This document shows positions 9,316 to 19,079 of a stretch of DNA of 64,000 nt, piece after piece. The notes beneath the pieces are model-generated. The model made no database searches. It saw nothing but the letters and a program-made list of their open reading frames with translations, and was not told the origin of the DNA. Position numbers and translations under genes: made by a program. Source of the DNA: Candidatus Moraniibacteriota bacterium (GTDB lineage: Bacteria > Patescibacteriota > Minisyncoccia > Moranbacterales > DUUL01); contig JBFHFF010000001.1 in NCBI GenBank assembly GCA_041583775.1, positions 94,676 through 158,675 on the forward strand, given 5' to 3'. Every line of letters starts with the position of its first letter. Within the stretch, counting starts at the first letter, position 1.

Positions 9316-12300
9316 TTATTTTTTATCAAATTTTTCAATATATTCATTAAATTCACTTAATTCTTTAAGTAACTTCTTGTTTATAGTTTTACCCCCCTTG
9401 ATGTACGCAATAATTCTCTCACTAACGCTACAATCTTCCATACCTGGAATATTTTCGGTCTCCTTTCGAATTTCATTAGCAAGTAACATCGCTCTTGAAT
9501 GATCCAAATAAAATAATTTTTCTTCTACACTATCTGCCTTAAGTATCTCATTGTCATCAACTACAACCTTGATTTGTTTCGCAAAATCGCTCCACTTTTT
9601 GTCTTTAAAGGTGGTTGTGATTTCCTCTTCTGAAACTTTCATTAAACTTTCATCAATATCATCCCCTAATTGCTCAGGTACTTGAGGATTTGTTTTTTCA
9701 ACTTCAGACTCCACTCCAACTTCACCTAAACTCTCTCTATTGGTTTCAGCCGCCTTCTTTGGCTTTTCACCAACTTCCTCTTCTGGCTTTTCAGATTTAT
9801 TTTCTTCAGGAACTTCTTTTATTTTCGCTTCACGATGAACATTATCTCCACCTACTTCTTCTTTCTTGCTAACTGGAGCGCCTTCTTCAATAAATCTCTC
9901 ATCGTCTACATCAAAATTCACTGTGGGAGTTTTCTCTTTTGGCCAATGATCCATTCTTGCTTCAATCTTCCCATTCTCACCAATTGGTGCCAGTCTATCA
10001 ATTCCTTCTTCTTTTGCGATTACCCCTCCTTCTAGCGAATCACTGTTTTCTTGAAGAAATACTGGCTTTATTATCTTTGGTTTATAGTTCTCTTTTAAGG
10101 CATCTTCTAAAACAATTCTTCCCGGTTTTTTTATCGCCGTCTTATCTATTTCATCATAGACAATTCCAGCAACTCTGCCCATTCTTCCAGCCTCTCTGAC
10201 ATCAACAGTTCCTAGTACCTGCCTCACTTCTGGCGATAAACTTAAACTATTATTTTTCCAAGCAGCTACCGCCTCTGCTTCTGTTTTTGGGAAATCATCC
10301 AATTGTTTTAATGTCATCTTGCTCATCGCCCGCCAAGTAACATCTCCCTCCTTAATTTTTAATTCAACTAATCTTGAACTGAGCTCTTCCTTTGTTAAAA
10401 TTTTTGGACTGTTCTCTGCATCCGCTAGGACTTCTTTTTGATTTTCCAATTGAGAAGATTTTTGACCTTGTGATAAGCTATCGACACCCCCACCATCATC
10501 TGTCTGTTCATTTAATTTATTTCCGAAAAATTTCTCATGCTCTATTTGTGCACCAGGCAATGAATCAGTCTCTGTTTTTGCCCTAAGAATATATTCTCTT
10601 CCCCCAGCCTTTATGCGCTTAATCCAAAGACCTTCCGTTTCTTTAGAACTTCCTCCATGTTCTTCAATGAATTTATTATGAGCTTCTTCGCTATATTTTA
10701 ATTTAAATTCCTTATACGCATCAGTTTTCTTTAATCCCCCAGCCTCAAACTGTTCATCAATTTGTTCTAAACTAGCTTCTTTAAAATATTCATCTCTGTC
10801 ATTTCTGACATGCTCAATCCAAGCATTATTTGCTTCAATTTTAGTTCCATCATATCCTTCAACAAATTTGATATGAGCAGCCGCACTGTGCTCTGCTTGA
10901 AATTTCTTAAAAGCCTCAGTATCTTCAAATCCTGCCGTTTCAATTTTATTGTTCGTTTCTACAAATCGATTCTCCGGAGCTCTTTCTTTTGAATTATTTC
11001 CTTCTGGATATGAACCTCCACTCTTTGCATTAATAATCTGGGAATCACTCGATTCATTTACATCAAATGAACCAAATTCAGAAATTTTATTTTTTGCATC
11101 TATTACTCGATTTTCCCAAAAATTTTCTAATATTTCGTCATCTGCTCCGTTATGATCTTCGATAAATTTTGCATGCGCCTCTGGGCCAAATTTCCGTTCA
11201 AATTCCTCCAAAACCGGCTCTTTTACTCCACTTAATCTTAGTTTATTTATTGCATCCTCAAAAGATTCATTTTTAATATTAGCTAGACTTTCAATAGCAT
11301 CAGGTCTTTCTGTTGATGACTCAGGACTCGACACACTTGCTGCCTCAGCAACATTTCTTGTAGTTGTTGTATGATTCCCTGAATCGTTAGGAATTTCAGA
11401 AGTAAAATTGGGAATATCTGACCAATCCAAAAAAGCTCTGGCCCCACCCCCTACAACAAGCCCCGTAATTCCTGCCGCTGCCATAGCCTTAAGATTGTCA
11501 TTTCTCTCTATGTTCATTTTCTTTTGCACCATCGAAACCATATCAAGTTGACCACCCTTACTAAAATAATTGTCTATTGTTTTTTTCTCAATTTTAACCT
11601 TCCTTTCATCTCTTGTTGATTCAGTTCTATTTTTAACATCCCTAAAGGCTGCCGCACCAAGAGCTCCTCCAGGTAAACTTCTAACCACCTTCATTCCCAT
11701 TCTCGAAACTCCAACTCCTAATGCAGTACTAATTGCCCCACCTGCAACAAATGAACCAACTGTACCAACTACACCAGCCAATAATGTTCCATAAACGAGC
11801 TTCTCTTTTCTAGACAACTTTTTATATCCAGCCGATAAATTCTCAATAATACCCTTTTCACGCTCATTTAAAATCTCTTTCCTTGCATTATTTATCTCTA
11901 ACATTTTATTGATAAGGTCTTGCATTGGACTTATTTTCTCGACCATTTTCTCTCCTGAATCAGTTACAACCTCTGAATCAACAACTTTCTCCATAAATAT
12001 ATATTTTCTCATTAATTCATTTTTATCCTCACTATTCACCATTCCATGATCCAGGGCAATTTTTCTACTCTCAACTCTTGTTTGGATAAAATCGCTATGT
12101 GCTTGCTTAAAAGCACTCTCTGTCTCTTTTATTCTTTTCTTTGCTTCATACAATTCTTTCATCGCTTCAGCATCATTTCCAAGAAAAATTTTCATCCTCG
12201 CAAGACTTCTTTCAACAATCCCCAATCTATTTCCCTTTTTTTCATAATCTATTTGTGCGTTCTTCCAGTCTCGAAATGCCTCATTCATTTTCAAGTGTTT

Positions 12301-14343
12301 TTCTTTTTCGATATGATTTTCGTCTTTCTCTCCCACTTCAATTCCTGGTTCAGTCTCTATTTCATCTTCTGGTTTGTCTTTTGAAGTTTCTGTCTGTTCA
12401 GCATCCTTGACAATTTTCTCAAAATTTATTGATTCATTTAAGGTACCCGTTTCTTCTCCACGCCTTTCAAGTTCTTCTTTGTATTTTTTTATACTAACTT
12501 CAACTTCTTGAAACTGATTTTTTTTCTCTTTATTAGTTTTATTACTATCTAATAATAAATTGTTCCTGATTTCATTCAACTGCAAGAGTTCCTCCTGCAA
12601 AACAGAAGTTTCAACTTCTTCAAGATTTTCCTCAGATTTATTATTTTTTACCTCCTCTGTGTTCTCTTCTTGCTTGTATTTTTCTTCTTGACCACCCATA
12701 TTCTCCTCATCTTTTCTCCCAAAATCGTCTGTTCTGTCCATCCATTCTTGAAAATGAGTTCCTTGCTTCTTCAGTCTTTTTCCTCTTTCCTGATTATCAA
12801 TTATTTTTTCACCTTCTGTTTTATCCATCCATTCCCGAAAGTGAGTTCCTTGGGCCCTCAATGCCTTCTCCGTTGTTGTTTCTCCTGGACCTTCTTTTAT
12901 TTTCACCTCTTTTTTTAATTCGTTTTTTATCTCCGAACCTATAGCTGACTCTGTGCTAGGAGCTTCCTCGTTTATTCCCAATTTTTCCTTTGGCCAGTTA
13001 TTTTGAACTTTTTTTTCATTTCCAGAATCAAAAACTCCATCAACATTCGACTCTTTTCGATAACCTCCATTTAAAATCATCTGTCTCAATTCTTTAACTG
13101 AAACATACCTACCCTCTTTTTCTCCGGCAATTAAAATTCTAGCTTGATGTTGTTTACTTTGTTGTGAAAATTTATCTTTTTCAATTACAAAAGGCTTCAA
13201 TCCTCCCTGATTGCTTTTAAAAACAAATTCCTTACTTTTTCCAAACTCAGCAACAAAATCTTCTGCCCTCATTCCACCAGCTTCAACTTCGGGAATGACT
13301 TCTATTTCTGGATATTCTTCATTAATTAACTCTTCTAATTTATCTGGAGACATAATTTTTTCCCCACCAATATCCGTCCCTTCAACTTGAATTTCCCATC
13401 TATTCTGAGCTTTCTCATATAGATACTTCGTAATTTTAAGTTTTTTTATCCCATCCTTGCTTTTATGAACAGACCCAACCACACCAAAAATATTCATCAT
13501 ATCCTTAAGACTCAAAACCTCTCCGTTCTTTTTTTCTAGTGCACTTACCTCCATTGAGTCAATTTCTTTAAAAGATAATTCTTCTTTACTACCATCACCA
13601 CTACCTTCTTCCACTCTCTTAAAGTTCTTAAACAACTCTAAAAATTCTTTACCGTCCATTATTTCGTCATCAGAACCACTCTTCCAATCAGCGTCTAAAT
13701 TGATTACATTTACACCCTCCTCAACCATTGTTCCAGAGGGCAAAAAAGCAATATGAACTCTACCATTTTCATAACTAACAATTTTCATATGCTTCTTACC
13801 ATCCTCGCTAACATAAATCTCATTAGGATCTATTTTATGTAACTGAAAAAAATCCTCTCCAAAATTCTCTTCTTGGATTTCTACTTTTTTATTTTCAATA
13901 CCTTTCTTGTTATCTTTTTTTTGAACTTCAACCTTTTCTGTCTCCAACTCAACCTCTTCAATCTTTTTAATAAAACTTTCATCAACTAGACCCTCTACCT
14001 CACCCTTAACAATTCTCTCCAAACTAGAAAGTCTTTTACTTCTCAAAAATTCACAAATAACCGCATCTGTAGCTTGGGCATTTTCCAAATTCAAATCACC
14101 CGCCATTGCAGTTTCTTTTAACTTGGCAGCAAGCTCTGCAAGATCAATAATTAATTTTCCCTGAAGCTCCTTTCTTTCACCTGGAGAATGCTTCATCAGA
14201 TAATCGTTGATAACATCCTTAGAAAACTTCCTCTCAAGTACAGACACAACGCCATTTTTAATCTCCTTTCTTTGTTCTGTTTGCTCAAAATTTTCTACCT
14301 GCGAAGAACTTTCTCTTGATTCTTCTGTTGTTGTTTCTGACAT
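9316..14343 (-). CDS. giant Glu/Lys-rich protein with central glycine-rich membrane segments and internal repeats
   Basis: 1675-aa uninterrupted ORF; hydrophobic segments GTLLAGVVGTVGSFVAGGAISTALGVGV and AMAAAGITGLVVGGGA; coiled-coil-like stretches. Confidence 0.85.
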   Translation of the reverse strand: MSETTTEESRESSSQVENFEQTEQRKEIKNGVVSVLERKFSKDVINDYLMKHSPGERKELQGKLIIDLAELAAKLKETAMAGDLNLENAQATDAVICEFLRSKRLSSLERIVKGEVEGLVDESFIKKIEEVELETEKVEVQKKDNKKGIENKKVEIQEENFGEDFFQLHKIDPNEIYVSEDGKKHMKIVSYENGRVHIAFLPSGTMVEEGVNVINLDADWKSGSDDEIMDGKEFLELFKNFKRVEEGSGDGSKEELSFKEIDSMEVSALEKKNGEVLSLKDMMNIFGVVGSVHKSKDGIKKLKITKYLYEKAQNRWEIQVEGTDIGGEKIMSPDKLEELINEEYPEIEVIPEVEAGGMRAEDFVAEFGKSKEFVFKSNQGGLKPFVIEKDKFSQQSKQHQARILIAGEKEGRYVSVKELRQMILNGGYRKESNVDGVFDSGNEKKVQNNWPKEKLGINEEAPSTESAIGSEIKNELKKEVKIKEGPGETTTEKALRAQGTHFREWMDKTEGEKIIDNQERGKRLKKQGTHFQEWMDRTDDFGRKDEENMGGQEEKYKQEENTEEVKNNKSEENLEEVETSVLQEELLQLNEIRNNLLLDSNKTNKEKKNQFQEVEVSIKKYKEELERRGEETGTLNESINFEKIVKDAEQTETSKDKPEDEIETEPGIEVGEKDENHIEKEKHLKMNEAFRDWKNAQIDYEKKGNRLGIVERSLARMKIFLGNDAEAMKELYEAKKRIKETESAFKQAHSDFIQTRVESRKIALDHGMVNSEDKNELMRKYIFMEKVVDSEVVTDSGEKMVEKISPMQDLINKMLEINNARKEILNEREKGIIENLSAGYKKLSRKEKLVYGTLLAGVVGTVGSFVAGGAISTALGVGVSRMGMKVVRSLPGGALGAAAFRDVKNRTESTRDERKVKIEKKTIDNYFSKGGQLDMVSMVQKKMNIERNDNLKAMAAAGITGLVVGGGARAFLDWSDIPNFTSEIPNDSGNHTTTTRNVAEAASVSSPESSTERPDAIESLANIKNESFEDAINKLRLSGVKEPVLEEFERKFGPEAHAKFIEDHNGADDEILENFWENRVIDAKNKISEFGSFDVNESSDSQIINAKSGGSYPEGNNSKERAPENRFVETNNKIETAGFEDTEAFKKFQAEHSAAAHIKFVEGYDGTKIEANNAWIEHVRNDRDEYFKEASLEQIDEQFEAGGLKKTDAYKEFKLKYSEEAHNKFIEEHGGSSKETEGLWIKRIKAGGREYILRAKTETDSLPGAQIEHEKFFGNKLNEQTDDGGGVDSLSQGQKSSQLENQKEVLADAENSPKILTKEELSSRLVELKIKEGDVTWRAMSKMTLKQLDDFPKTEAEAVAAWKNNSLSLSPEVRQVLGTVDVREAGRMGRVAGIVYDEIDKTAIKKPGRIVLEDALKENYKPKIIKPVFLQENSDSLEGGVIAKEEGIDRLAPIGENGKIEARMDHWPKEKTPTVNFDVDDERFIEEGAPVSKKEEVGGDNVHREAKIKEVPEENKSEKPEEEVGEKPKKAAETNRESLGEVGVESEVEKTNPQVPEQLGDDIDESLMKVSEEEITTTFKDKKWSDFAKQIKVVVDDNEILKADSVEEKLFYLDHSRAMLLANEIRKETENIPGMEDCSVSERIIAYIKGGKTINKKLLKELSEFNEYIEKFDKK

Positions 14344-14539
14344 AGATTTTTATAATAATCTTCAAGCAGCTTATTTTATGCTTTTTGTTTTTATTGATAC
14401 AAATTCAAATAAACAGTTTTGGTTTTAGATTCCAAACACTGAAATTATTATTAGTTTATTTAATGATATTATACCATACATTGTTTACAATACCAATCAA
14501 AACAAATATAATAAATAAAACTAACAACAAAAACGAAAA

Positions 14540-16189
14540 GTGAAAGAAAAAAGAAGAAAAAAATACACAGTAAACAACCTTACACCGACAATAAAAGTTT
14601 TTTTACTAAACAACAAAAGAGCTTTTTTCTCTATCTTTTTTTTGTTCATTTTAATACTGTCGCTTGCACTAAGAATATATCATCTGGACAAAGCACCTAC
14701 TGGAGTTTCCGAGAAAGAAGCAGACTTTGGTTTGCTTGCACTAAATTTAGAAAATGCTGGAATTATAAACTCCTTAGTCGAAAAAGATAGTGGCGTTTTC
14801 ACACTTTTACTTTTTCTTGGTTTTAAGGTTTTTGGAATCAATTTTTTCGGCTTAAGAATTGTGAGTGCTCTAATTGGCATATTAACAATTCTCGGCTTCT
14901 TCCTTCTTCTTGGGAAATTAAAATTTCCCCGCTCTCTGTCTTTACTGGGAACATTTCTCATATCATGCTCTTTTTGGCACATAAACCTTTCTCGCTTAGC
15001 CCTACCTGAAATCCTCATTCCTTTTTCCACTATTTGGTTTTCATTTTTTTTATTTTGCGGATTTTTTTCAAAAAAATATAAGTACTTCATCTTATCTGGA
15101 GCATTTTTTACATTGGGAGTTCTAGTTTACCCGCTAATGCTATTTTTAATTTTTATCCCGATCTTCTTTTTCTCTTTTTTTATTTTTCTAGACAAAAAAC
15201 TTTTATTAAGTTTACGACCTCAATTATTTCTTTTTATATTTTCAATATTATTTTTTTCGATTCCTTTATTTTTTCAAATCCAAAATAATCCTGGATTTTT
15301 TCGAAACAACTTCATTCAATTCGCAGACCCTTATGAATCAAGCACTTCCATCATAAAAAGCACCTTAGCATATCTGGGTTCTTTTTTTTACATAAACAAC
15401 ACCCTCCAACTCCAGAATAAGGATTTTTTACCAGCCTTTCCACTTGCATGGTTAATTCTATTTATTTTTGGTTTCTTTTTGTCAGCAAAAAATATTACCC
15501 TGACAATCTTAGGCTCGTTAAAAAATAAAAGTATCCCAAAAAATATTCATGCATCTATTCTTGCTCAATCCATCTTCTTTGTGGCAATTTTAACTGGTTT
15601 ATTAAATTCAAAACAAAGTCTCAGCTCTGAGCATTTCTCTTTAATAATGCCAGCAATTTTTATCTTCTGTATAATCCCACTTGAATACCTCTTGGAAGTA
15701 TATCAAAAACTAAGACTATCTATTAGAATTTCACTAAAAAAATGGCGTTGGAATGTTATGCAAATCTCAATGTTAATCTTATTACTAGCAATCATCCTGA
15801 CTGGTTTTTCACAGACATATTTATATTTTGGAATCTTCCAAAAAGAATTAAATGCGAGACACTTATTACAAAAAAAGGATACTGACTTTGGAAAAATAAT
15901 CAAAAGCATTAACAGGGAAAAAAACAACTTTATTATATTTTCCGGAGATATTGCTTCTACGGAAAATTTAAAAACTATCGAATTTTCTGGCTTTCCTGAA
16001 ATTGAAAACTATACTTTCGTTCACTCTCAAGAAGATTTCCCACAAATTAATTGTGAAGATTCCCTGGTGGTTTTTTATGACTCAAATGAGTTGCTACGAA
16101 AACAATTTCAAAAACAATGCCCTTTAAATAATTCTCAAAAACAATTTTATTCTAATGGCAAACAAACTTTTTGGACTATGAAGGAATAA
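14540..16189 (+). CDS. GT-C fold ArnT/PMT-like membrane glycosyltransferase (catalytic DE motif altered)
   Basis: ALRIYHL, LRIVSALIG, SFWHINLSR; many TM helices; SEKEA where DEA is expected. Confidence 0.75.
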   Translation: MKEKRRKKYTVNNLTPTIKVFLLNNKRAFFSIFFLFILILSLALRIYHLDKAPTGVSEKEADFGLLALNLENAGIINSLVEKDSGVFTLLLFLGFKVFGINFFGLRIVSALIGILTILGFFLLLGKLKFPRSLSLLGTFLISCSFWHINLSRLALPEILIPFSTIWFSFFLFCGFFSKKYKYFILSGAFFTLGVLVYPLMLFLIFIPIFFFSFFIFLDKKLLLSLRPQLFLFIFSILFFSIPLFFQIQNNPGFFRNNFIQFADPYESSTSIIKSTLAYLGSFFYINNTLQLQNKDFLPAFPLAWLILFIFGFFLSAKNITLTILGSLKNKSIPKNIHASILAQSIFFVAILTGLLNSKQSLSSEHFSLIMPAIFIFCIIPLEYLLEVYQKLRLSIRISLKKWRWNVMQISMLILLLAIILTGFSQTYLYFGIFQKELNARHLLQKKDTDFGKIIKSINREKNNFIIFSGDIASTENLKTIEFSGFPEIENYTFVHSQEDFPQINCEDSLVVFYDSNELLRKQFQKQCPLNNSQKQFYSNGKQTFWTMKE

Positions 16190-16238
16190 TACTTTATAAT
16201 AATAAACAATAATTAAACAAATTTAACTTTTCATAAAA

Positions 16239-16640
16239 ATGACAACAATAGACCCTACACAATTTAAAATTTGTATCGTTGAAGATGAGGAAAGTATCAG
16301 AGAATTATATCGCGCAAAATTAGAAGGGGAACATTATCAGGTTTTTACAGCTAAAGATGGTTTGGAGGGGCTGAAGTTATTAAAGGAAAATCCACCTAAC
16401 ATTGCCTTAGTGGACTTAATGATGCCGAATATGACTGGCTATGAGTTGATGGAAAAAATGAAGAATGATCCTGATTTAAAAAACATTCCCATTATTATTC
16501 TCACAAACTTTGACGACACTGAATCCATAAATAAAACAAGCCATTTTAATGCTGACTTTTATTTAGTAAAAGCTCAATACTCTCCATCTGATGTAGCACA
16601 TATCATAAAAGAAGTTCTTGAAGCTCATCATGAATTTTAG
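16239..16640 (+). CDS. single-domain response regulator (receiver)
   Basis: IVEDE acidic pocket, ALVDLMMP phospho-Asp, IIILT, YLVK. Confidence 0.92.
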   Translation: MTTIDPTQFKICIVEDEESIRELYRAKLEGEHYQVFTAKDGLEGLKLLKENPPNIALVDLMMPNMTGYELMEKMKNDPDLKNIPIIILTNFDDTESINKTSHFNADFYLVKAQYSPSDVAHIIKEVLEAHHEF

Positions 16641-16693
16641 TTACAGCGACTTGCCAAATTAAATAGAGATTTATTTTTTATTATTTCCAAAAC

Positions 16694-16726
16694 AAAAAAA
16701 CACTACCATTAACTGGTAGTGTTTTT
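16694..16726. terminator. bidirectional intrinsic terminator
   Basis: AAAAACACTACCA-ttaac-TGGTAGTGTTTTT. Confidence 0.8.
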
Positions 16727-17012
16727 GAATCTAATGTGAAAACACCCTTATCACATCAAGTTCAACTATTCTGTTTTTCTATTTTGTTGAAAAATAAGAA
16801 AATCTTATAATCAATCTCCTGACTAAATTTTAATTTAGAATTACAGTCAAGGTATCCCGCCTTTAGACCGTTTTAGAGACTCATTTTTCAATCTTCGTTT
16901 TTTCAAACTCTAATCCGCCTTATAATTTCAGGGAAACTATAATTAGAATTTTTAAAATGCACACATCGCACTAAAATTTCTTTAATGCAACCCAAAACAA
17001 ATAGTTTATTTC

Positions 17013-17040
17013 ATTGTAGCATAAAAAAATAAAATCGCAA
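17013..17040 (-). promoter_or_regulatory. leftward sigma70 promoter with extended -10
   Basis: minus strand TTGCGA-16 nt-TACAAT, with TG before the -10. Confidence 0.5.
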
Positions 17041-17046
17041 AAAAAA

Positions 17047-17075
17047 TTGACTCCTTAAAATTTAATTGTTATTAT
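17047..17075 (+). promoter_or_regulatory. rightward sigma70 promoter with extended -10
   Basis: TTGACT-17 nt-TATTAT, with TG before the -10. Confidence 0.6.
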
Positions 17076-17144
17076 TGAAATGTAATTTATTTTAAATTAA
17101 AATGAAAATTATTTTTGAAAATAACAACAATTCAAACAATAATC

Positions 17145-17240
17145 AAAACCGCAAAAGACGGCTGTCATTTTAACTTAAAAAAGATTAAATAAATGCAGAC
17201 CGTCGATTGCGACGGTTTTTTTGTTTCAAAAAACCAGGAG
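17145..17240 (+). promoter_or_regulatory. structured leader with alternative terminator/antiterminator pairings
   Basis: ACCGTCG-attg-CGACGGT plus U-tract; upstream GACGGCTG..CATTT can instead pair with AAATGCAGaCCGTC; AGGAGG SD follows. Confidence 0.5.
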
Positions 17241-17246
17241 GGTACC

Positions 17247-17423
17247 ATGACAAATTTAAATTCATCTCCAAGCAAAACAGTTCCTTTCAAAGAGACAAAA
17301 AAATGCTTATGTCAAAATTGTCAAAATGAGAAATTCGGAATCAAATTTCAAGAGACAATAGACGGGGCGATAATCTGCGAAGTATGTGGCAGAAAACTTG
17401 ATATTTCAAGTTACAGTAATTAA
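17247..17423 (+). CDS. small zinc-ribbon protein (58 aa)
   Basis: AGGAGG SD before ATG 17247; CQNC...CEVC. Confidence 0.7.
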   Translation: MTNLNSSPSKTVPFKETKKCLCQNCQNEKFGIKFQETIDGAIICEVCGRKLDISSYSN

Positions 17424-17445
17424 CAAATGCCAATAAAATTTTCAA

Positions 17446-17480
17446 GTGGGGGGATGATAAGATTATCTCCCCACCTTTTT
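17446..17480 (+). terminator. intrinsic terminator
   Basis: GTGGGG..GATAA/TTATC..CCCCAC followed by a T run. Confidence 0.65.
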
Positions 17481-17506
17481 ATTTATCATTGCACTCAAAC
17501 ACCAAT

Positions 17507-18985
17507 TTATCTTTTCACTTGGCAAATTTTCATTCCCTGAAAATTACCTACTTCTTCCATTAACATTTCTTCACCCCAATCACAAGTCCAGTCAATGATA
17601 ATCATCCTGTTATCACTTTTAATTTCTGTTAGATTCGTTATCCTGTTATCATTTCCAACAACAACCCACTTACTAAAATCTTCCATTGGATTTGATCTGT
17701 GATAATATCTAACATTTTCTTCCCCGAAATAATATCTAGCAGATGTATAGCCGAATGGTCCATCCGCAACAACAATACTCTTATTAAAAACGGGATATTC
17801 TTTCATAAAATTTGAGACCTCTGTCCAACCTCCTTGAAATTGGATTGGCACCAATAGAAATATAGTTGCCACATAAATTCCAAGAGTTATTATCCAAGAC
17901 CACTTTGAACTAAAAACTAAAGTGATCATTCCTGCGAATAGGAGATAAATCAAAAGTGCAGATGGCATAAAATACCTTGACACATAGAGTTTTAAATTAA
18001 AGTGAGCAAGAATGATTAGAAACAAAAGAGTCCCCAATGAGATAACGGCCAATACAAAAACTTCTTTTTTTTGACGCCCTTTAAACCAAGTGTAACATAG
18101 CATTGCTATTATTAAAGTAAAAACCAATAAACCCATTGATGTTCCATCGAACAAGGGGATATCTTTATATAATTTAACAAATTCAACTGATTCAGGAACC
18201 CCCCCACTCCCTGGTTGATGACCGAAAAAGAAAATCTGCAAAGTTTTTGGTATATCACTAAGATTAGCTGGTGGAATCCAACCCAAATTGCCTTTCAGCA
18301 TATGTGGAATAAAATACCGAAGCCAACTGACAAAAAAAACTATTATGGTTCCCACTCCTATCCAGAAATTTTTATGTCCCAAAATTGCACTTATCCAGTT
18401 CTTTTTTTTAAAATTCTTTCCATAAAAAATATAACAAACATAAAAAATAATGAAAAAGAACAATGAAAGATAATGTGTCAGAAAAGACAAACCAGCAAAA
18501 ATTCCCCAAAAAATCCAGTCTCTTCTTTTGTCATTATCTAGCGCCCTCACGAAAAACCAAACAGACCAAAGAAAAAGAAAACCAAATAATGAATACATTC
18601 TAGCTTCTTGTGAATATTCAATTGCAAAAGGTGAAATAGCGGTTATAGCTGCAGCCAAAAGACCAGTTCTGGTATTAAACATTCTCTTTCCAATCCAATA
18701 GATTGAAATCACGGTTAAAATTCCAAAAAGAAATGAGAAAGAGCGAATTCCCTCTGGAGAATAACCAAATAAAGCGCTCCAGGGTTTAGCCAACCAATAA
18801 TATAATGGTGGATGAACATCTGCAAAAATCATCTGATTCATATCCCCCCAAGATGCTTTCAATAAAATTCCAGTAAAAGCTTCATCGTACCAAAAATCAC
18901 GCTGCCAAATAATTGGAGTGTACCTTAGAATCATCGCCAGAAATGTTAACAGTGTCAAAATAATGGCTGGAAAGAATTTTTTCAT
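17507..18985 (-). CDS. GT-C fold ArnT/PMT-like membrane glycosyltransferase
   Basis: FWYDEAFT, DVHPPLYY, YSQEARMYSL, LTHY; multiple TM helices. Confidence 0.88.
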   Translation of the reverse strand: MKKFFPAIILTLLTFLAMILRYTPIIWQRDFWYDEAFTGILLKASWGDMNQMIFADVHPPLYYWLAKPWSALFGYSPEGIRSFSFLFGILTVISIYWIGKRMFNTRTGLLAAAITAISPFAIEYSQEARMYSLFGFLFLWSVWFFVRALDNDKRRDWIFWGIFAGLSFLTHYLSLFFFIIFYVCYIFYGKNFKKKNWISAILGHKNFWIGVGTIIVFFVSWLRYFIPHMLKGNLGWIPPANLSDIPKTLQIFFFGHQPGSGGVPESVEFVKLYKDIPLFDGTSMGLLVFTLIIAMLCYTWFKGRQKKEVFVLAVISLGTLLFLIILAHFNLKLYVSRYFMPSALLIYLLFAGMITLVFSSKWSWIITLGIYVATIFLLVPIQFQGGWTEVSNFMKEYPVFNKSIVVADGPFGYTSARYYFGEENVRYYHRSNPMEDFSKWVVVGNDNRITNLTEIKSDNRMIIIDWTCDWGEEMLMEEVGNFQGMKICQVKR

Positions 18986-19079
18986 TTTATTTTAGTTTAT
19001 TTTTTTGTGAGAATATTTATCTTTATTATATAGCAAAAAAACTTTTTAGCATATCAATATCGAACTTAAAAAATCAAAA

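Noticed and set aside
16239-16640. Orphan receiver domain as a novel system
   Set aside because: Stand-alone receivers are common, and the kinase may lie outside the window
17193-17246. N-terminal extension of the zinc-ribbon ORF from ATG 17193
   Set aside because: It runs through the terminator-like hairpin and has no SD, whereas ATG 17247 follows AGGAGG
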